From: Candidatus Spyradenecus sp.
GTDB lineage: Bacteria; Verrucomicrobiota; Kiritimatiellia; RFP12; DVOR01
Assembly (NCBI GenBank): GCA_051884775.1
Contig: JBJEVY010000058.1
Coordinates: forward strand, 2,655 to 66,654
Direction of reading: 5' to 3'
Length of the DNA: 64,000 bases
Part shown: positions 48,810 to 57,390 of the stretch, piece after piece
Layout of the letters: the number at the start of each line of letters is the position of its first letter
How positions within the stretch are numbered: position 1 is the first letter of the stretch
Translations under genes and position numbers: made by a program
Notes under the pieces: model-generated
Seen by the model: the letters and a program-made list of their open reading frames with translations, nothing else
Database searches by the model: none
What the model was told of the DNA's origin: nothing

Positions 48810-49152
48810 AATCTTCGCCCGGGTCCTGGAAGATTTTAACCTCAGACAGGAAAACTGATAAGAGCCAGACTTATTGGAATTAAGAGGCTCACTTATTTCC
48901 ATTAAGAGGGCCTCTTAATTGTCGCACGCGGGGCGGGCGCAAATTGAAACAGCCCCGGATTTGACTCAGCTCCCAAGGCGAGCGGTCCGTTCTCTATAAG
49001 TGGTAGAAGCCCTGTCGAAAGTGGCATATACATAGCAAGCCCCACATACTTGAAACATCTGAGATTGTGCACTCTTTGTAGATATGATTGTCACCATAGA
49101 CGTTCTTCTTAGCCCGGAAGTTCTCGGGGTAAGGGAATTGAGAAAACGGGGG

Positions 49153-49180
49153 TTGACTTGATGGGGGGGGGTGGTAGACT
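49153..49180 (+). promoter_or_regulatory. Candidate promoter of the five-gene operon with a G9 tract in the spacer
   Basis: ttgact (49153-49158), tgat, ggggggggg (49163-49171), tgg, tagact (49175-49180). The spacer is 16 nt, and the element lies 75 nt upstream of ATG 49255. Confidence 0.45.
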
Positions 49181-49254
49181 ATGTGCTGTTGAGTAGATAG
49201 CAGATAGCAGACTGAATCGAGCTCTCTGCGAAATAACGTGAAAGAGGTACAGCC

Positions 49255-51714
49255 ATGAGACGGTTATTGGATTGGTATTGGCAGGAAGGTAAGGAGCGGC
49301 CTAAGGTATGGCGGTTGCCGGAGGTCGGTGTTGGGCAGATGATGGAGGCTGTGCGAATTTTTGAGCAGGTGACAAAGGCGCGGGGGGAGATGCAGAGGGG
49401 ATGTGTGGCCTTTTGGGGGCCATCGCAGGCCGGGAAGTCATCACTACTCTCGCATTATTTAGATGCGATGGATGCTCAGGGGAGTGCGTTGACGTGGCAT
49501 GCGGGGGAGAGGGTACGTTTTTCGGCAGACCCGTTGGGGGTCGACCGGGAGGGGGTGGTCTTCAATCCTTTTCGTGGGGGAATGGATGCCTCGGCGGTGG
49601 TGACGCGCTTCTATCTGCCAACAGATCCAGAGGTTGTGAAGCCGGAGGCGCCGGTGGAGGTGGTGCTGGCGGAACGCCAACAAGTGTTGCACGCGTTGGC
49701 GTTGGGTTATCACCTGGAGTGCCGTCGCACAGACATGGCGTGGGATTCAATAACCTTGCGCGAGCGATTGGCCGAGCCAAGCGTAAAGGCAGATCGCGAG
49801 GCCTTTGAGCTGCTCTACGAGGTGTGCGAAATCTGCGAGGCGCTGGAGCCGGAACTCTCGCGTTTTGCCGCCTTCCGGGAACGGGCGACGATACGCCGGC
49901 GCATCCTCTCTTCAAACTATGTGGATGATGTGCAGCAGGCGTGGGCGCTGGCGAAGTGGTTGCTGTGGGATGGAAACGAGCAAATCTCGGCGCTGTTGGA
50001 ACGGCTACTGCAGATGCGCGCTTCGTTGGTGGAGACCTTTTTGGGTCCGGGGCGGCGGCTCTTCGTTTCGATGCGGGTGGCTGCGTTACTGGAGGATATT
50101 GGGGTGATGGAGTTTGCCGCAAGCGGTTCGGCGCCGGCGGCGGGGTGGGCGCCGGGCGGCGCGACGGAGATACAGGGCAAGGCAAAGGATTTGCTGTCTC
50201 TGCAAATGGTTAAGCACGAGTCGGGGGCCTACCTCTTCGTCGATGGAGAGATGTCTACCGGAGGCGAATCCAGTCGTTTTGAGGCGCGCTATTTTGGGCT
50301 CTTGCAGGCGCTGGTTGGGGAGATGCGCATACCTGTCCGCCCGATGTTGAACGAGGTAGCCAAGCCCTTTCTTTCTTTTCTGGAGCGCTTTAATCTGCTG
50401 GATATTCCTGGCGTGACGAACAAGGCAACAGGCGATGCGCAGGGGAGCGGTAATCTCTTGGACCTGAGCGAGGTAATTGAGGAGACCGTGTTGCTACGGC
50501 GGGTTTACAAGTCAGGCAAGACCTTGGCGGTGGTACACGGCCAGGCGGCGCAGGGCTCAATCGACAGCTTTGTGGTTTTTGTGGACCTGGAACACGCGGG
50601 GGGGCTGCCGCGCCCGGGAACATTGACCAACGGGATTAAGGCATGGCTGAGGCCCTTCGGCGGGGAGGGTTTCTCGCCGCCGTTGCCCTTGCCGCTCTAT
50701 CTGAACTGCTCGCTCTTCGGGAAGTTGCAGGATAAGGTGGCTGCAGCTATGCAGAGTGGCGGGCTGCAGGATTACTGCCGCAAGGCGGAGGCGCTGGAGT
50801 TCGTCAAGCGTGGCTGCGCAGAGGTCGTCTTCACCTCGTCGTGCTTTGTGCCGTGGCAGAATGCCGGGGTCAAGGCGATGCTGGAGGCGGACGCAAGCTT
50901 CCGGCAATGCTTTCTGCGCGGCCGGGCCGAGGAGTCGCTCAATGCGGTTGTGGGCGACGGGCTGGGGACGGACTATCTCTTCGAGCGCCTGGCGCGAGAG
51001 GTTTCACCCCAGAGGCGCTGGGAACACTATGGCCGGATCGAGGCGCAGTGCCGCGAGACCTTGCGGCGCATCGTTGCGCAACAGTTGCCTTCGGGCAGCG
51101 GCGAGCGGGCCTTGGCCTGTCGCGAGGCCGTCCGCCAGGTGCTCGCCCGGCTCCAGGCTATGGGCCTCTCGCCGGAGAATGGCGAGGTAACGAAGCAGCT
51201 CTCAGATTTCATCAAGCGGGTCTTCGTGGTTGACGCGACGGAACTGGAGCCCTTGCCGACGCAGCCACATCTGCTCTCGGGCGGGGAGCTAAAGCAGTAT
51301 CTCATGCGGCAGGTTGTCGCGTGGGTCGGTCAACGCAAGGCGATGCTCTCCGGGGATGTTGCGGTGACCTGGTTATTAGGCGAAGCGCAACTGCCTCTCT
51401 TCTTGCAAGCGGTGGCGACGATCGATCAGGAGCGTTGGGCCCGGTGGTTGCAGGAAGTTTTCTGGCAGCACAATCCGAAGGTTTCTCGCGTCTTCCTAGC
51501 AATGGCGCTGAATAACGCCTTTTTGTGGGGGGACTACGCCCGCAAGCGTGCGGCGATGGGCCAGGGGAGTGCCTACGAGATGCTCTGTGCACCCTTTGTT
51601 GCGCGTTTGGAGCAGTTGGCTCAGTGCACACCAGTGCAGGCGGACGGCCGCCCAACAACGTTGCCCGGCGATGCTAGCCTGGCGGCGCTCCAGGGGACGT
51701 TGGGGTTGAAGTAA
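49255..51714 (+). CDS. Gene A: P-loop NTPase with dynamin-type G1/G2/G3 motifs (SrfC-like?)
   Basis: 819 aa. G1 is FWGPSQAGKSSLLS (aa 53-66), the switch-I-like motif is SAVVTRFYL (aa 113-121), and G3 is FNLLDIPGVTNKATGD (aa 379-394). These are followed by TLAVVHG and FVVFVDLEH strands. The C-terminal ~370 aa are helical. Confidence 0.6.
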   Translation: MRRLLDWYWQEGKERPKVWRLPEVGVGQMMEAVRIFEQVTKARGEMQRGCVAFWGPSQAGKSSLLSHYLDAMDAQGSALTWHAGERVRFSADPLGVDREGVVFNPFRGGMDASAVVTRFYLPTDPEVVKPEAPVEVVLAERQQVLHALALGYHLECRRTDMAWDSITLRERLAEPSVKADREAFELLYEVCEICEALEPELSRFAAFRERATIRRRILSSNYVDDVQQAWALAKWLLWDGNEQISALLERLLQMRASLVETFLGPGRRLFVSMRVAALLEDIGVMEFAASGSAPAAGWAPGGATEIQGKAKDLLSLQMVKHESGAYLFVDGEMSTGGESSRFEARYFGLLQALVGEMRIPVRPMLNEVAKPFLSFLERFNLLDIPGVTNKATGDAQGSGNLLDLSEVIEETVLLRRVYKSGKTLAVVHGQAAQGSIDSFVVFVDLEHAGGLPRPGTLTNGIKAWLRPFGGEGFSPPLPLPLYLNCSLFGKLQDKVAAAMQSGGLQDYCRKAEALEFVKRGCAEVVFTSSCFVPWQNAGVKAMLEADASFRQCFLRGRAEESLNAVVGDGLGTDYLFERLAREVSPQRRWEHYGRIEAQCRETLRRIVAQQLPSGSGERALACREAVRQVLARLQAMGLSPENGEVTKQLSDFIKRVFVVDATELEPLPTQPHLLSGGELKQYLMRQVVAWVGQRKAMLSGDVAVTWLLGEAQLPLFLQAVATIDQERWARWLQEVFWQHNPKVSRVFLAMALNNAFLWGDYARKRAAMGQGSAYEMLCAPFVARLEQLAQCTPVQADGRPTTLPGDASLAALQGTLGLK

Positions 51715-51730
51715 TAGCAAGGAGAAGATT

Positions 51731-54574
51731 ATGATTGAATTTGATTGGGAGCCAACGGTCCTGAGCAATACGGGGTGCCAATTCCGTTTCTTCCCGGTGT
51801 GCATGTTCAGGTCGCCAAGTAGTGACTTGCCAGACTTGGCCAAGGCGGAGGTGCTGTGGGATGACATAGCGGGATTTCAGGAGCGCCACCAAACATTTGC
51901 GCGCAGCGAGGCGTTTGCCGACTATCTGACTTCGACGGTGATGAGCACGCTCGCCGCAAAGCGTTGGAGCGCTTGGCCAGAGTGCCCATTCTTGAAGGTT
52001 CGCTGGACGAGTAAGCGCTTCACCCATCACGGTGAGTACGAGTTCCTCGGCGTGGAGTTGGCCATCGAAACGCTTTCGCCAGGCGATGCCTTCCAGCAAT
52101 GCGGATTTTGCTACAAAGAAGAGGCGCTCCAGGACGATCGACGTGCGCACGCCGCACCCTTCGCCTCCATCTACCAATCGATTCGCGATGGAGCATACTA
52201 TCCGCCAACGGGAACGGCCCCCCTTCTCCTCAAACTGGACGATGTCGTCGCCGTCAATATACGCGTGGGCTTTTTGCAGCAAACGACGGCCTCTGGGCCG
52301 CTGGGAGCGCACTTGGTCATCGATATCGGTAACACGCGCACCTGCGCGTTGCTGTTGCGAGACGATCCTTCCGGGATGCTGGACCGGGTGGATGCCATTC
52401 GCAGTTGCTGCACGCCGGTGATGCTTGATCTGCCAATGCGCGCAGAAGCCGTTACGCGAGCCAATTTACGGGATGTGGACAACGGCATTGCCTCGTCATG
52501 GATTCTTCTCCATCAGCCGGAGTTCGATGAGGCGACCCCCTCGTTGTTGCAAGGGCGCTACGTAATTGAGAGCGTGAAGCACACGCCAGAGCGGCGGTGG
52601 TCGTTCAGAAAGGTCACAGATGAACTGCGCAATACGCGCGTGGAGTGGCGTGTACCAACAATGTTTGTGCGTAACTCGCCAGTCTTGCTGGGGCGTGAGG
52701 CTGGGCAGCAACTTTCACTCAAGACTGTGGCCACGATGATTGAGGAGGGACTGCAGATTCAGCAGAGTTCACCCAAACGCTACTTCGCTGAACAGCAGCG
52801 TACCCAACAGGATTGGAGCATGGTGCCCAATCCCTGGGAGGACCGGAGCACGACCTCTGCCTCCAAACTACAGGCAGACCTGCTTTACTGGATGAGTGAA
52901 CGCGGAGAATTCGTGGATCCCGACGAGACAGCCGTGCAGAACCGTCCGCTTAAGGCTCCGCCCCACCCGAACTATCCGCGCTCAGCCACCTTCATCTGGC
53001 TGCTGGTGGGTATTTTGGAGCGCGCGTGGGACCAGTGCAATCGGTTGAAGTCTGCTGCCGGTAAGTTTGTTCCTTACGAACTGCGCAATGTGATGGTCAC
53101 CTTTCCCTCGGGCTGGACGCGCGATGAGGTGCAGCTCTACCGCAAGCGTTGCGAGGAAGCGGTCCGCCTCTTTGCACGTAGCAATTTCCCCAAAGGGACG
53201 GAGATCCATCTAAATATGGATGTGGACGAAGCGGTGGCCAGCCAATTGCCCTATGTATTCTCCGAAATCCACAAGTTTAATGATAACGCGCAGCAGTGGC
53301 TGGCCCTGGCCGGCAAGTGCCGCGAGGGTGACGATCCAGGATTTCGCGTGATGAACCTGGACATCGGCGGGGGCACAAGCGACATCTCAGTGGTGGAATA
53401 CACCTGCCTGCCGAGCGACGACGGGCGCGGGGATGTGGATCTGCAGCCTACGCTCCTCTTTCGCGATGGCTATGCCTCGGCCGGCGATGACCTGGCACGG
53501 CAGATCCTCTCGCAAATCATCTTCCCAGCAATTGAGAGCGTGGCCGCGCAGGAAGGGGCCGAGTTAAAGCGCTACTTCACTGGGGCGGCCACTTCGCCAG
53601 AACTGTGCACCCGACGCGCTAAGATGTTGCGCCTGTGCTTGCTGCCGCTGGTCTACTGCATCCTCGGAGCCATCGCCTCCGGGGCTCCGGAGGGTACCAT
53701 CACGTTGGAACGCGCAGGCATCGAGCCTGCCCTCTGGGATGAGCTCTATCGCTATCTCTACCCGACGGAGGATGTTGTGCCAGGTTCTTGGCAGCAGATT
53801 GTCGGTGTTGGCGGGCCCGGGCTAGCCTATGATGCTCAGGCTGTTAACCGCCTGATCGTCGCTCAGTTTCAACGGACCTTTGAGAATGTGGCCCTCATCG
53901 CCGCACGGCAGGATGTCGACCTCTTCCTGATGAGTGGCAAGACCTCCGAGCTGCCCATTCTGCACGAGATGGCCATCGAGGTGCTGCCGTTGACCCAGGA
54001 GCGCATCATCGCCACGCGCCACTATTGCGCCGGCGATTGGTACCCCTTCGTCAAGACCGACGGTTATGGGCGGATTGTCGACAACACCATCAAGGATGCC
54101 AAGAGCATCACGGCCGTGGGCGCTGCCCTGAACTTCTTGCTCGCCAACGAGATGGTCTATGGCTGGAAGATCGAGAAACCGCGCGTCGTTCCGGCCATCG
54201 AGAGCGAGTGGGGCTTCAACGAGCAGTTCAAGCGCCCCAACGGCCAGGCCTTCCGCTTCGATGCACAGGGGCAGGTCACCGTGCCGGTACGGCCGCGTTT
54301 GGATCTCATCGCCCGCCGTTTCGCCAAGGGCGCCACCCCTTCGGCGGTCTATTGCATCCAGTCGCGGGATCCCGATGCTCCGGCACAGAACATCCGTCTG
54401 AAGGCCACGCTTCGTCGCGGCCGCGATGAAGAGACCCAGGCCGAGTTCCTGGAACTGGTCGCCCTGACCGAGCACACCCCGCAGGGTGAGCGTGACTGTC
54501 TGCACGCCTTCGAGCTGGCCGTCTGTCAACAGGAAGGCGACTTCTGGCAGGATACCGGCCGCGTGATTGATTGA
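51731..54574 (+). CDS. Gene B: large Hsp70/actin-fold ATPase (SrfB-like?)
   Basis: 947 aa. Phosphate-1 is LVIDIGNTRTCALLL (D198), phosphate-2 is VMNLDIGGGTSDISVVEY (D544), and the adenosine motif is VDLFLMSGKTSELPIL. RBS aaggag lies 7 nt upstream, and the gap to gene A is 16 nt. Confidence 0.65.
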   Translation: MIEFDWEPTVLSNTGCQFRFFPVCMFRSPSSDLPDLAKAEVLWDDIAGFQERHQTFARSEAFADYLTSTVMSTLAAKRWSAWPECPFLKVRWTSKRFTHHGEYEFLGVELAIETLSPGDAFQQCGFCYKEEALQDDRRAHAAPFASIYQSIRDGAYYPPTGTAPLLLKLDDVVAVNIRVGFLQQTTASGPLGAHLVIDIGNTRTCALLLRDDPSGMLDRVDAIRSCCTPVMLDLPMRAEAVTRANLRDVDNGIASSWILLHQPEFDEATPSLLQGRYVIESVKHTPERRWSFRKVTDELRNTRVEWRVPTMFVRNSPVLLGREAGQQLSLKTVATMIEEGLQIQQSSPKRYFAEQQRTQQDWSMVPNPWEDRSTTSASKLQADLLYWMSERGEFVDPDETAVQNRPLKAPPHPNYPRSATFIWLLVGILERAWDQCNRLKSAAGKFVPYELRNVMVTFPSGWTRDEVQLYRKRCEEAVRLFARSNFPKGTEIHLNMDVDEAVASQLPYVFSEIHKFNDNAQQWLALAGKCREGDDPGFRVMNLDIGGGTSDISVVEYTCLPSDDGRGDVDLQPTLLFRDGYASAGDDLARQILSQIIFPAIESVAAQEGAELKRYFTGAATSPELCTRRAKMLRLCLLPLVYCILGAIASGAPEGTITLERAGIEPALWDELYRYLYPTEDVVPGSWQQIVGVGGPGLAYDAQAVNRLIVAQFQRTFENVALIAARQDVDLFLMSGKTSELPILHEMAIEVLPLTQERIIATRHYCAGDWYPFVKTDGYGRIVDNTIKDAKSITAVGAALNFLLANEMVYGWKIEKPRVVPAIESEWGFNEQFKRPNGQAFRFDAQGQVTVPVRPRLDLIARRFAKGATPSAVYCIQSRDPDAPAQNIRLKATLRRGRDEETQAEFLELVALTEHTPQGERDCLHAFELAVCQQEGDFWQDTGRVID

Positions 54575-54595
54575 CTAACCGAAAGGAGATAGACA

Positions 54596-55828
54596 ATGGA
54601 GACCTTTGCCCCTTTTTCCCCCATAAGCACCCCCGTTCCCCCGAGTCTGCAAGGGCAGGATGGCGAGCGTGAGGTGCCGCCGATGTACCCGGTGGCCTTC
54701 GTGCCAGCCCCGGTCCAACCCATCGCCCCTGCATCGGCCCCTGTACCGGCTCCGGCGGCGGAGCCCCTGCCGCCTGCAGCCGTGGAGGCTGCGCCCCAGG
54801 TGGAGACCGTGCCGACGGCGGCGGACGCTGCGGCCGAGGCCAATGCGGAGATCGAGTGTCTGAAGGCGCAGTTGGCCGAGGCGCAGAAACAGTGTGCGGA
54901 TGCCGAGGCCCGGATGCAGAAGGCCTGCGAGCACCAACAGGCATTGAAGAAGGCTTATGCCGAGGAACTCGATCGTTGCCGGGTGGATTGCGAAGCACAG
55001 ATGAAGCAGCACGTCGAGGACCTCCTCCGTTGCAAGCGGCTGGGCATTGAAGATCCCGAGTTCATTCAGGACTTCTTCGAGCGCTATGCGCAGATGGTAC
55101 GGGCCGAGCGCGAGCGAGACAAGGCGGCTTGCGAGCGTGACAAACTCCAGGCTCAGTTAGAGGAGAAGGACCAAGAACTGCAGCGGCAGAGCGCGCAATA
55201 CAAGCAAGCGGAACGGCAGAATCTGACCTTGCGAGAAGAGGCAGAAAAACTGCGCCAATCCTTGGAACTTCAGACGCACACAGTGACCCAAGAGCGTAAC
55301 GCACGTCTGAGCGCAGAGGCCAAAGTTCAAACAACCCGTCAGCAATTGGAGGAATTGAGGCGTAAGCAGGGCGGTTGGGAAGCGCTGTATGCCACGTTGT
55401 TCCAAGAGGGCTGGGGTGACTGTCGGGAGGTCGCGGCATTGGGCGATGCGCTCTCTGGGAAGATGACCGCCGGGGGGGAGTTGGACCCTCTGGCGCTTCA
55501 GGCCGCGCTTGCACTGGCCGCTTGGCGCGCGATGGTACTGGCCGTTGAGGTCCCTAACCGCATTGCCCTGTGTCATCTGGAGTTGCTCGGGCGGCAATTG
55601 GCGCAGTTCTGGAATGCCGCCCCTGTACTCCTTGAGCGCCTAGCCCAGGTCCTCAACGGCTGCGAGCTGATGCGTAAGCAGGAGATTCGCCTAGAGGTGC
55701 CGGCGATAGACAGCGAGGTCGATACCTCCAAGGTTATACACCGGCAGAATGGTACCTATGTCAAGAAGGTGCTTGTCTGGGGGATTGTTCATAAGGGTAA
55801 ACGCCACCTCAAGGCAGAGGTCGAGTAA
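54596..55828 (+). CDS. Gene C: Pro-rich N-terminus, long coiled coil and GrpE-like C-terminal domain
   Basis: 410 aa. Residues 1-75 are P/A/V-rich, and residues ~80-260 have a heptad-rich E/Q/K/R/A composition. The C-terminus ...EVPAIDSEVDTSKVIHRQNGTYVKKVLVWGIVHKGKRHLKAEVE resembles the GrpE beta-domain ending (...V..V.QKGY.L.GR.LRPA.V.V). Confidence 0.5.
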   Translation: METFAPFSPISTPVPPSLQGQDGEREVPPMYPVAFVPAPVQPIAPASAPVPAPAAEPLPPAAVEAAPQVETVPTAADAAAEANAEIECLKAQLAEAQKQCADAEARMQKACEHQQALKKAYAEELDRCRVDCEAQMKQHVEDLLRCKRLGIEDPEFIQDFFERYAQMVRAERERDKAACERDKLQAQLEEKDQELQRQSAQYKQAERQNLTLREEAEKLRQSLELQTHTVTQERNARLSAEAKVQTTRQQLEELRRKQGGWEALYATLFQEGWGDCREVAALGDALSGKMTAGGELDPLALQAALALAAWRAMVLAVEVPNRIALCHLELLGRQLAQFWNAAPVLLERLAQVLNGCELMRKQEIRLEVPAIDSEVDTSKVIHRQNGTYVKKVLVWGIVHKGKRHLKAEVE

Positions 55829-55831
55829 GCG

Positions 55832-57373
55832 ATGGTGGAAGCCCCGTACCCGTGCGAGATCGCACTTGTTGATGGTCGGCGGTTACTCCGTTGCGGCTTG
55901 CAGAGCTATGTCGATTATCCTTTCCCGGCGCTGTTGCAATCGCTGAACGAGGAGATTGCCCCCGCCTCGCCGCTCTTTCCGTTCCTGACGATCTTGCCTG
56001 GCACGCCTGAAAAACTCCGTTACGCTCTCGCGCGCGCCGGTGTCGCCGAACATTCCTCTCTGCGCAATCGCGCCTTGCCGAGGGCGTGTCTGCGCCAACT
56101 CCAGGAGGCAATCAATCGCCTCCACGCCTGGGCGGAGGATCCGCAGGTACCGGGCGGTACGCAGGATTTCTGCCGCAATTTCGCATTGCCCGACCCTGTA
56201 CTCGACCCGGAGGCCTACCAACTCTCCCGTGGTCCAGGCGGCTGGCGGGTACATGTCCTCTGGGGTTATGAGAGCGATGAGGCGCCTGCCATCAAGCCCC
56301 TCTCCGCCCTCTCCGCCCATTGGGCGGATAGCGCCGATCGTGTCGCTTTGGCCGAGCGTTTCCGCAAGGCGCGGCCGCGGTTCGTCCTGCCGTGGCGAGC
56401 CTGCGTGCGCCGTCTGTTTGTGTGCCTGCTCATCCTTTTCCTCGGAAGCAGACTGTGGCATTATGCCTCGGAGTGCGTGGAGGGCATGGAGCGACTCCGC
56501 GCTTATCGGGCGAGCGCATTGGTGTGCCTGGAGGCTATGCAGCAGTCGCTCAATGAGACCCAGGCGGAGCTGGCTGCGGCGCAGTCCCGTTGCGAGGCTC
56601 AGCAACGAGATCTGGAGGCTGCGCACTCCCGACAACAGGAGGCCGAGGCACGCGTTGCGACCTTGCAGGGCGAACATACGGCCTTGCAACAGCAATGCAT
56701 AGGTCTGGAGCGAAATCTGGAGGCTGCGCGTTTCCAGCGGCAAGCGGCCGAGGCGCGCGCAACGACCTTGTTGAAAGATCAAGAGGCTATAAGAAACAAT
56801 GTCTCTGAACTGCAAGACAAACTTACCTTGGCGCAAACCGGCCAGCAAGATGCCGAGATGCGTGTCGTTATGTTGCAAGCCGAATGCGATTCGCTGCGTG
56901 AGGAGCTCTCGCAGATTAAATCTGGCCAAAGGAGTATGGTTAAGCAAGTTCGCGATGCGTTAGACAAATGTGAATCGTTACAACATAAATGCGATGTGCT
57001 ACAAGACGCGCTTACCTCTACGCAGTCTAGCCAGCAAGAAGCCGAGACGCAGGTGACCACCTTAAAGGGTGAGCTCAACGCATTGAAGACGCAATACGCC
57101 AAACAGGTGCGTCTCGGTAAGCTGTGGCACACAAAGGCAACGCAATTGGAGCAACAGAACAAACAACTCCAAGACCTCAAGGCGCGGCATCAAGCCCTGG
57201 AAGATAATCTGAAACAAGAACGGCAACAATCTGAACTCTACCGTCGGATTTGTGTAGGACTGATTGATACACTTCGACGTGCAGATCCTAATCTTCCAGA
57301 GGTGAAAAACTTGCAGGAAATCGATGCCTATCTCTCCAAACGAGATGAACGTTGGTGGAAGCTGTGGAAGTAG
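55832..57373 (+). CDS. Gene D: single-pass membrane protein with an N-terminal domain shared with gene E plus a 35-residue-repeat coiled coil
   Basis: 513 aa. A basic stretch then a TM segment (RFRKARPRFVLPWRACVRRLFVCLLILFLGSRLW). Repeats are LEAAHSRQQEAEARVATLQGE, LEAARFQRQAAEARATTLLKD, LTLAQTGQQDAEMRVVMLQAE and LTSTQSSQQEAETQVTTLKGE. The gap to gene C is 3 nt. Confidence 0.6.
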   Translation: MVEAPYPCEIALVDGRRLLRCGLQSYVDYPFPALLQSLNEEIAPASPLFPFLTILPGTPEKLRYALARAGVAEHSSLRNRALPRACLRQLQEAINRLHAWAEDPQVPGGTQDFCRNFALPDPVLDPEAYQLSRGPGGWRVHVLWGYESDEAPAIKPLSALSAHWADSADRVALAERFRKARPRFVLPWRACVRRLFVCLLILFLGSRLWHYASECVEGMERLRAYRASALVCLEAMQQSLNETQAELAAAQSRCEAQQRDLEAAHSRQQEAEARVATLQGEHTALQQQCIGLERNLEAARFQRQAAEARATTLLKDQEAIRNNVSELQDKLTLAQTGQQDAEMRVVMLQAECDSLREELSQIKSGQRSMVKQVRDALDKCESLQHKCDVLQDALTSTQSSQQEAETQVTTLKGELNALKTQYAKQVRLGKLWHTKATQLEQQNKQLQDLKARHQALEDNLKQERQQSELYRRICVGLIDTLRRADPNLPEVKNLQEIDAYLSKRDERWWKLWK

Positions 57374-57390
57374 CTGGAAGGAGCAACGAG

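Noticed and set aside
48565-48858. 97-aa ORF with a good SD (aaaggag-N6-ATG) in the mraZ/operon intergenic region.
   Set aside because: The translation has no motif or clear secondary-structure character, and its 3' third is encoded by the two perfect palindromes. That argues for a DNA/RNA-level element rather than a protein. It cannot be excluded without ribosome profiling or conservation data.
48340-49250. tRNA, tmRNA or integrase attachment site at the left edge of the putative island.
   Set aside because: I could not fold any segment into a cloverleaf or find a conserved T-loop (GTTCGAATC-like) motif. No integrase or transposase gene is present within the window.
55472-55478. G7 tract inside gene C coding sequence as a possible frameshift-type phase-variation site.
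   Set aside because: G6-G7 runs also occur in ordinary genes here (for example in the recQ region at about 23487-23493 and at 43944-43950) and are expected at this GC content. There is no evidence for an alternative frame.
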